Shown: positions 57,442 through 64,000 of the stretch, piece after piece
How the letters are laid out: each line of letters begins with the position of its first letter
How positions within the stretch are numbered: the stretch's first letter is position 1
Assembly (NCBI GenBank): GCA_964508365.1
Contig: CAZDTP010000004.1
Location: 1,681-65,680 of the forward strand
DNA: 64,000 nucleotides
Source of the DNA: an uncultured archaeon
GTDB taxonomy: Archaea; Asgardarchaeota; Lokiarchaeia; Sigyniarchaeales; SOKP01
Reading direction: 5' to 3'
The notes under the pieces: generated by a model
What the model saw: only the letters and a program-made list of their open reading frames with translations
Told to the model about the DNA's origin: nothing
The model's database searches: none
Translations under genes and position numbers: made by a program

Positions 57442-58805
57442 GATTGACAATCGGAAAAAGGATTTCTGGGTTTAGAGAGGACCTATGTGATTTATGTGGA
57501 GAGTGTTTTCATCAATGTCCTGTTTTACAGCTCTCAATTGAAGAATCAAAACAAGAAATGCAGAGATTAATTGACGGAAAAGAATCTAAGTATGTCCTCT
57601 CAAAATGTAATACTTGTTTAAGTTGTAACATTTATTGTCCTCAACAAGCAAACCCTTATCAATTAATTTTAGAACGATGGAACGATCTTTATAATAAAAG
57701 AGGTGCACCTCCACTTTATCGGTTTGTTTGTCCTACTGAAGAACCAAATATTTGGCAACTCCTAAATATATTTTTATCCGATCAAGAAAAAAAATGGGTT
57801 GATAACTGGATCAGCCACATCCCTAAAGCTAATGAGCATATTCTTTTAATAGGGAATTATACACATCTATTTCCCTTCGTTATTGGTGGAAGTGAGCTTT
57901 TAAAGTATTTTACACCTATCTCAAGGATCGATCAATGGGAAGGTGGGGCTTACTTATATCAAGGGGGATACTTAGACAATGTCCAAAGAATTGCTGCTCG
58001 ATGTGCTAAGGATTTTAACTCTTGGGGTGTAAAAAAAGTAACCCACACTCTAGATGCGGTGCATTACATCTTTTCAGAAGTGCATCCTAAAGAAATGTTA
58101 GTGAATCATACGCAAGAATTCATTAATTTTAATGAATGGATATTAAAACAGATAAATAATGGAACATTAAATTTGCCCAAAAAATTAGGTTTAACGATCA
58201 CTGTACATGATAATTGCTTTTCAAAAGCACTTGGTGGAGCATATTGGGATGTCCCACGCGAAATTTTGAAAAAATGTGGTTGTAACCTAAAAGAAATGAA
58301 ACATATTAAAAAAGATTCGCTATGTTGTGGGTTTGGTGCAGGAGCGTCGTGGGTTAAGAATATGTCTATTCCTTTTGACATTATATCAGAGGGTATAAAA
58401 AAGTTTAACGAAGCAGAAGAAACAGGAGCAGATGCATTAGTAACTTACTGTGGTGGTTGTCTTTATCTCTTATGGGCAACAAAGGAATTATTAGGTTACG
58501 ATATAGATCTTTATCATATTATAGAAATCGTCCGTATGGCTATGGGAGAGAAACTCCTCTACCCTAAAGCTCATAAAAAACGCGCTTGGGATATTATTAC
58601 AATAATTACTTATCAATTACTTGTTTCTATTGTTCAAACTAATTTTTTTATAAAAAAAATCACATATGATAAAGATATGAAAACATTTTGGCCTAAAAGA
58701 TATCTTGTTCTTAAGATCATTAGAGTATTGTTTAATGTCTCACCTATACGCAAAATGTATCGTAAAATGTTTGTGGTATTAATGCGGTTAATAAAAACCA
58801 GATAA
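57435..58805 (+). CDS. HdrD-like (Fe-S)-binding protein with degenerate first CCG domain
   Basis: CDLCGECFHQCP, CNTCLSCNIYCP, HDNC, CCGFGAG, YCGGC; first CCG is replaced by WEGG. Confidence 0.85.
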   Translation: MVRLTIGKRISGFREDLCDLCGECFHQCPVLQLSIEESKQEMQRLIDGKESKYVLSKCNTCLSCNIYCPQQANPYQLILERWNDLYNKRGAPPLYRFVCPTEEPNIWQLLNIFLSDQEKKWVDNWISHIPKANEHILLIGNYTHLFPFVIGGSELLKYFTPISRIDQWEGGAYLYQGGYLDNVQRIAARCAKDFNSWGVKKVTHTLDAVHYIFSEVHPKEMLVNHTQEFINFNEWILKQINNGTLNLPKKLGLTITVHDNCFSKALGGAYWDVPREILKKCGCNLKEMKHIKKDSLCCGFGAGASWVKNMSIPFDIISEGIKKFNEAEETGADALVTYCGGCLYLLWATKELLGYDIDLYHIIEIVRMAMGEKLLYPKAHKKRAWDIITIITYQLLVSIVQTNFFIKKITYDKDMKTFWPKRYLVLKIIRVLFNVSPIRKMYRKMFVVLMRLIKTR

Positions 58806-58830
58806 AATCAAAAATGAGTTCAATTACTCA

Positions 58831-59049
58831 TTACCACGCAAAATGTTTAAGTATCGCATTAGTAGGACATGCGTCTTGGCAAGCTAAACATTCAATACAT
58901 TCAATAATATCTTCGGCAACAACTTTACCGTTTACAAGGCTATAGACCTCTGCGGGGCAAACACTTACACAATTCGCTGCTCCTACGCAGAGATCTAAAT
59001 CAACTTCTACCCAATTATCGCCATCTTCCCATCTTTTTACATTTACCAT
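58831..59049 (-). CDS. 2x[4Fe-4S] ferredoxin
   Basis: CVGAANCVSVCP and CIECLACQDACP. Confidence 0.9.
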   Translation of the reverse strand: MVNVKRWEDGDNWVEVDLDLCVGAANCVSVCPAEVYSLVNGKVVAEDIIECIECLACQDACPTNAILKHFAW

Positions 59050-59241
59050 ATTATTTCTTTAGTGTCTTTTTAATTTATATATAATTATGTTGGTTGCATC
59101 TGAAATTAAAGATTTATGTTTTTAGTTTGAAATCAGAGTTTTTCCTCTCTTTTTATTTTCATTAATATTATGAAGTATAATCGAAGTATTTTAATAAAGA
59201 AAGTAAGAAAAAAGAAGTAAAAATTTTAAAAATTTTATCAA

Positions 59242-60342
59242 CTAAGCACTTTGAGCGTTAGCATTTACACTGCCAGTTGATGTGCCTAATGAAAATAGAT
59301 ATCTATACATCGCATCTCCGTAGTTTAAAGTAGAGTAAACGCTTCCAAAACTTGTGATCTCCATAGTTGCATGAGGCGTGTAATTAATTGATCCTGTGCT
59401 AGTTGAGCTTATGAATCTAACATTAGTGTTGTTTAAATTGTCTCTATAAAGCACATCAATGCTTCCTGTGGAAGTTTTCCAACTACCAGTTACATTTGCG
59501 CCCATAGTTATATACTGATAAAGATCTGCATCAATACTACCTGTTGATGTCATAAGGTTTAAACTAATGTCTTTTGTGTATACCATATTGTAACTCTTAA
59601 AGTTCACACTGCCTGTGGAAACTGTCCCTATTAAGTTATCGCCCATTAGACAATTGGTATAGTTTAACGATAATGAGCCAGTTGATGTTAGAGCTCTAAA
59701 ACCACAAGTAAAATTTGTTTTAGCAGCAGAAGATTCTACACTACCCGTGCTAGTCTCGAGTCTAACTTTCCCTCGAAATTCGTTATTACCTAATATATTC
59801 AATTTGACTGAGCCTGTACTCGAAGTTAATGATGTTCCATTTAGGATAACACCATCGGAAACCTGCATTTCAATAGATCCTGTAGATGTTAAGGCTGTGA
59901 GATCGTATACTACATCTGTTCTTAATGTAACAGCGACAATGATGTTATAGGATTTAAACCAATGCGAAGGATCAAACCAAATGTCTGGTGAAGTTAGTAG
60001 ATTAAAAGTAGCAGTCGTATTGTCCCACCACTCTGTATTTGGATGAAAGAAATCCTCATAAGTCTTTCCTTCCATATACAAGCCCATAATTTCTATATCA
60101 ACATCGATTTTTGCATAATAGGTCGTTGGAGAATTATTATACTTTAAGAGAATTTTTCCGATATCAACATTGAAGGTAAGATCTTCTATAGGATCGGGAG
60201 AACTTGGTTCGTACTTAAAATTAAACGAATTTTCGATAACCCCTCTAGTTACGAAACCGTAGATAATGAATCCTAAACCACCACCAACAATAAGGACAAC
60301 AGCAACAATTAGCGCAATTTTATAATTTCTCATTTTTTTCAC
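59242..60342 (-). CDS. Membrane-anchored DUF4097-like beta-strand repeat surface protein
   Basis: N-terminal basic + TM; nine (T/S/V)STGS(I/V/L) repeats. Confidence 0.75.
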   Translation of the reverse strand: MKKMRNYKIALIVAVVLIVGGGLGFIIYGFVTRGVIENSFNFKYEPSSPDPIEDLTFNVDIGKILLKYNNSPTTYYAKIDVDIEIMGLYMEGKTYEDFFHPNTEWWDNTTATFNLLTSPDIWFDPSHWFKSYNIIVAVTLRTDVVYDLTALTSTGSIEMQVSDGVILNGTSLTSSTGSVKLNILGNNEFRGKVRLETSTGSVESSAAKTNFTCGFRALTSTGSLSLNYTNCLMGDNLIGTVSTGSVNFKSYNMVYTKDISLNLMTSTGSIDADLYQYITMGANVTGSWKTSTGSIDVLYRDNLNNTNVRFISSTSTGSINYTPHATMEITSFGSVYSTLNYGDAMYRYLFSLGTSTGSVNANAQSA

Positions 60343-60515
60343 ATTAATTTTGTTTTTTTTATTTGCTTTATAATGAAAATTTTTGGATTATATTTAAATG
60401 AAATTTAGACTGATTTTTATTACTAAATATAGTATTATAAAATATTAATGTAAAATTTGCATCTTTAACAGTGTTTTATTATGAGATTTCATAAATAAAA
60501 TAAAAAAAGAAGAAT

Positions 60516-61043
60516 TTAGAGATTCTTCACTAAAGAAATTGCAAAATTCTTAGCGTTTTCGAGATCCTTTTCATTAGGGCGACCTTTAATTTTTTCTCTA
60601 TCTTTTTTCGCTTCCTCTCTTTGGTCTTCGGGCAATCTTTCTAACATAGCTAACTGAGTTTCTAAGGGAATACCTAAATTCTCGCCTACACAATCAAATT
60701 CACCTATAATTTCGCTATTATGCTTTTTAATAATATCAGTTATCCGTTTAAATGGTTCTTGATATAATTTTAAACTTGCATGCGTACAAAAATAAACAAA
60801 TTTTGCAGGGAGTTCAGGAACAGCCATTTTTATTATATTTAATATCGATTTATCAGTTCTGCTGGCATAAACTCCTGAACCTAAAAACAAAATATCATAT
60901 GAACTCAATGTTGTAGGGTCCACATCATTAGCAGGAATTAAGTCTACATCGCAGTCTGTTAACCCATCTTTCATGCTATTAGCCACTTTTTCGGTATTTC
61001 CCGTATTTGAAAAGAATGTAATTAATATCCTCAACATAATCAC
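60516..61043 (-). CDS. Flavodoxin family protein
   Basis: FFSNTGNTEKVA, LGSGVY, FCTH. Confidence 0.9.
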   Translation of the reverse strand: MIMLRILITFFSNTGNTEKVANSMKDGLTDCDVDLIPANDVDPTTLSSYDILFLGSGVYASRTDKSILNIIKMAVPELPAKFVYFCTHASLKLYQEPFKRITDIIKKHNSEIIGEFDCVGENLGIPLETQLAMLERLPEDQREEAKKDREKIKGRPNEKDLENAKNFAISLVKNL

Positions 61044-61134
61044 TAATCTCTTTTAATTAGTATAAAAATAAAAAATTATTATTATTTTTAGAATTTTTTA
61101 AAAGAAAAGCAATCTATAGATTTATGTCCCGAAA

Positions 61135-62037
61135 TTATAATTTTAAAGCATAGAAGTTTATAGCGTTCTCAACAGTTATTTTACTTACTTCTTGTTGAGA
61201 GGTATTGTGAGAATAAGCTATTGCCGCTATAGAGTATTTTACATTTAAAGGCACATTTATTGGCCCCCTTAGATAAGGGTGTTGGTAGTAACTATCTGTT
61301 TCTGTAACTAAAGCAGATAATGGAGATGGTTTTGTTACTCTACGCCATTTGTTAATCCCGTAAGCTGAACTTGGAACAGATAATGTGTAACCTTGTTTGG
61401 GCAAAAGTATTCCATACTCATCTGGACCTGAGAAACAATGCCACATTATGTGTTTAGGATTTATATTAAAATCTTTGACTATGTTAAGAATTTCTTTTGT
61501 CGCGCCATCCCTTTCATTATAACGGTGTTTAGGGTGGTCTCGATCGAACTCGTGTTCAGCCGCGTTTCTAACGTGCAGAACATACGGTTTATTAAACTCC
61601 TTTGTTAATTCGAATATTTTTTTTAGTTCTGTAACCTGCTTTTCTCTTTTTTCGAGAGTCTTTGCGTGATGAAAATCCAAACCAATTTCTCCAATTGCCA
61701 GAAATTTTTCTTGATAAATTTGAACATTTTCAACCCAGTCTTTCCAATCTCTATTATATAGGGATTTAGGTGTGAAGGTGACAGTTTGAGGTGCCCAACC
61801 AATTGTAAAACCAATTTTCTCCTTTCCTTTAACAAAATTTAGGATTAATTCAAGAGTACTGTTATTGATCGAGCTGGTTACTAAGTATACACCTCCATTA
61901 TTCAAGAAGTCTCGATATTGCTGCTCATCAGAAGGTAACCTATCGTTTTTTTTAGGTCGAGGGAATGGTAGATGACAATGAACATCGACAATTTTCAGAT
62001 TTTCTTCTGGTTCTGGGATGTTGATTTTCTTGGGCAT
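61135..62037 (-). CDS. tatD: TatD family metal-dependent hydrolase
   Basis: DVHCHL, GEIGLD, LHVR, HCFS, ETDS. Confidence 0.9.
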   Translation of the reverse strand: MPKKINIPEPEENLKIVDVHCHLPFPRPKKNDRLPSDEQQYRDFLNNGGVYLVTSSINNSTLELILNFVKGKEKIGFTIGWAPQTVTFTPKSLYNRDWKDWVENVQIYQEKFLAIGEIGLDFHHAKTLEKREKQVTELKKIFELTKEFNKPYVLHVRNAAEHEFDRDHPKHRYNERDGATKEILNIVKDFNINPKHIMWHCFSGPDEYGILLPKQGYTLSVPSSAYGINKWRRVTKPSPLSALVTETDSYYQHPYLRGPINVPLNVKYSIAAIAYSHNTSQQEVSKITVENAINFYALKL

Positions 62038-62166
62038 AATGTCTCAAAACTATAATATGAAATTTATTTTATGATGAAGTTGTTCTAATAATTTAATCTT
62101 TGTTCAAATATCAAATTAAGGAGGGTAATAAAATTTTTAATCAATCAACTTTATTTAGATGATATA

Positions 62167-62580
62167 ATGACCGAACAATTAGATTCGAAACTAAAAGAGT
62201 TAGAAATTAAAAAACAGGAGTTACAACCTAAAATTGATGAGATTGAAACAAAAAAAGCTGAGGAAATGCAAGAATTAAACAGAAAATACGATCACATGAT
62301 CCAGGACGCTAACAGTGAAGTAGATGATTTTGAACAGCAAATTATGAACGAAATTATTGAATTATTTTCTAAAGCCGTGATGGATGAGTTTGACGCGAAA
62401 AGAAGTACAAGTGAATATATGGTTACAGAAGATTTTAAAGATTTTAGGAATGGTGTTTCGAAAATTGATCTTTTTCCAAGAGATTTAATAGATAGATTAG
62501 ATGATATCATCGAAGGCGGCCTTATAGAAAATATAGCCTACGACATAGAAAAAATAGAAGCAAAATATAAGAGAAAATAG
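62167..62580 (+). CDS. Hypothetical coiled-coil protein
   Basis: Charged heptad-rich N-half; followed by an oligo-T tract. Confidence 0.75.
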   Translation: MTEQLDSKLKELEIKKQELQPKIDEIETKKAEEMQELNRKYDHMIQDANSEVDDFEQQIMNEIIELFSKAVMDEFDAKRSTSEYMVTEDFKDFRNGVSKIDLFPRDLIDRLDDIIEGGLIENIAYDIEKIEAKYKRK

Positions 62581-62728
62581 AAAAGAAACTTAATTTCGTT
62601 TTTTTTTTATTCATAATTATAACCGACTTTTAGGCTCATTCTTAGTAATACGTAGATAATAGTATGTTAAATATGCCTTTGTGAGGTTTAGCTTTTCAAG
62701 ATTAAGAAATAATAAGGAATTCGGTAAA

Positions 62729-62872
62729 ATGGAAATATTTGAAGAAGAAATCGAGATTTATAATGCTAAAATGAGATTATTAACCTGGTTATACGACGAG
62801 ATTAAAATCCAATCAGATATATCCAAGGATTTACTTAACGAAAAAGGTCAAAAACTACCACTTAATCATTAA
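62729..62872 (+). CDS. Possible small hypothetical protein
   Basis: MEIFEEEIEIYNAKMRLL...; C-terminal part of the 62681 track ORF; no motif. Confidence 0.3.
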   Translation: MEIFEEEIEIYNAKMRLLTWLYDEIKIQSDISKDLLNEKGQKLPLNH

Positions 62873-62893
62873 TTCAATCGATTACTTATTTTG

Positions 62894-63457
62894 TTAACAT
62901 AAATTTAAAATTTCTTCAACAATTTTCATAATATAATGTAAGAAATCCTCTAATTTACCATTTCTTGGAATATGAATAAAAATCACAGGGTATTTATTTT
63001 TTGAAATATCTAAAGCCCAATAGTATATATAATTACATAAATAGAATCCAGGAAAATAAGAAATAGAGAGCTTTAAGATATATTTAAGAGCTTTATAAAT
63101 TTCTTTTATATTTAAAATTGTATTGAATTTTAAAGATTTTTTTATATTAATAAACCCCATTTTATAAAATCCATCCACATCTTTACCAAAAACCCAATTT
63201 AAGGATCGTTTTTCTAAATAAATTCTTTTTTTTGAATGGATTCCCATAAGTATAACTAAATATGGTTTTAATTTAATTGACTTAATATAGTCCAAATACG
63301 ACTCAACGCTCCTTTTCCAACTAACAGGTAAAATGATTTTTTCAACAGAATATTGTTGAAATTTATCATCAAAGTTTCTAACAATATCACCACTAAGATT
63401 TGAAGAAAGTTTACCGAATTTCTCAAAACCAGTTAAAAGGATCGTTTTTTTTATCAT
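62894..63457 (-). CDS. pcp: Pyroglutamyl-peptidase I (C15)
   Basis: LLTGFEKFG, YLEKR (Glu), FYLCNYIYY (Cys), FIHIP (His). Confidence 0.88.
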   Translation of the reverse strand: MIKKTILLTGFEKFGKLSSNLSGDIVRNFDDKFQQYSVEKIILPVSWKRSVESYLDYIKSIKLKPYLVILMGIHSKKRIYLEKRSLNWVFGKDVDGFYKMGFINIKKSLKFNTILNIKEIYKALKYILKLSISYFPGFYLCNYIYYWALDISKNKYPVIFIHIPRNGKLEDFLHYIMKIVEEILNLC

Positions 63458-63507
63458 TTATCCATAAAGTGTAAAAAAAAGAATAAATATAATAAATATA
63501 AAAAATT

Positions 63508-63924
63508 TTAGCTGACTTGTTCTTTTAATTGCTCAGCTTCTAATTTGTCTAATTTTTTCATTAAAGCTCTTATATCTGTATCATAAGATTTTATTTTAGT
63601 CTTCTTTTCTTTAAGAATACTATCTAGTTTCTTGTTTAAGGCTTTAGCCTTTCCCTTAACTAAATTATCTAATTTTTTCTTTAATGAAGCTACTTCCACC
63701 GTTAACTTATTCATTTTCTTTGTCCATTCTTTAGATTTTTCTGTAGCTTCCTTTAAATCTACTTCTCCTACTTCGAGTTTAGATTTAGTGTCGTCAATTT
63801 TATCGTCAAAATCAGCTTCGATTTCTTTTTCAGCCGAAGCTTCTTTTTTAGAAGCATCTTCTTCAACTCTCGTGATTTCATCTTCCTTTTCAGAGATTTG
63901 AGATCTTATATCTTGTTCTGACAT
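63508..63924 (-). CDS. Hypothetical all-coiled-coil protein
   Basis: E/K-rich heptads throughout. Confidence 0.7.
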   Translation of the reverse strand: MSEQDIRSQISEKEDEITRVEEDASKKEASAEKEIEADFDDKIDDTKSKLEVGEVDLKEATEKSKEWTKKMNKLTVEVASLKKKLDNLVKGKAKALNKKLDSILKEKKTKIKSYDTDIRALMKKLDKLEAEQLKEQVS

Positions 63925-64000
63925 TATTATTTCTCATTTATTATTTCTTTTTTCTATATATTTGGATATATTCGCTACCTTAAAAATTATTAAGATTGAA

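Noticed and set aside
470-63901. Many short antisense or nested ORFs in the track (e.g. 470-814, 1503-1844, 4748-4942, 28010-28393, 34588-34899, 35068-35514, 45100-45402, 63632-63901)
   Set aside because: They lie opposite or inside well-supported genes and have no motifs; these are shadow ORFs
1-64000. CRISPR arrays, tRNA/rRNA genes, IS elements or prophage
   Set aside because: No spaced repeat arrays, GC-rich cloverleaf or rRNA-like segments, transposases or virion genes were seen

Overview
AT-rich (visually about 30% GC), gene-dense archaeal chromosomal DNA. The gene mix (fwd cluster, Fae domain, expanded HdrD-like and SCP2 proteins, LRR, SIR2-TPR and many zinc-ribbon proteins) suggests an Asgard archaeon of the Lokiarchaeia type; this is inference, not a database result. 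No rRNA, tRNA, CRISPR array or transposase was seen. Recognisable metabolism: end of an AsrA/AsrB (Flx-like) operon, a 2-oxoacid:ferredoxin oxidoreductase, fwdG-F-D-B-C-fdhD without fwdA, an orphan hdrB, a class II ribonucleotide reductase, and an SCP2/FAD-oxidase/triple HdrD-like cluster. Best candidates for undescribed biology: (1) an operon of four paralogous 2-TM + left-handed beta-helix proteins resembling single repeats of the NRPS-terminal/poly-amino-acid synthetase domain, coupled to a nitrilase and a dehydrogenase, with a divergent adenylate-forming enzyme nearby; (2) a DapA-like aldolase fused to formaldehyde-activating enzyme, lacking the DHDPS substrate Arg, in an operon with an unknown 426-aa protein and a flavin oxidoreductase; (3) a protein with four ~65-aa helical repeats and a nuclease-like tail; (4) several small ORFs missed by the ORF track, and three pseudogenes.
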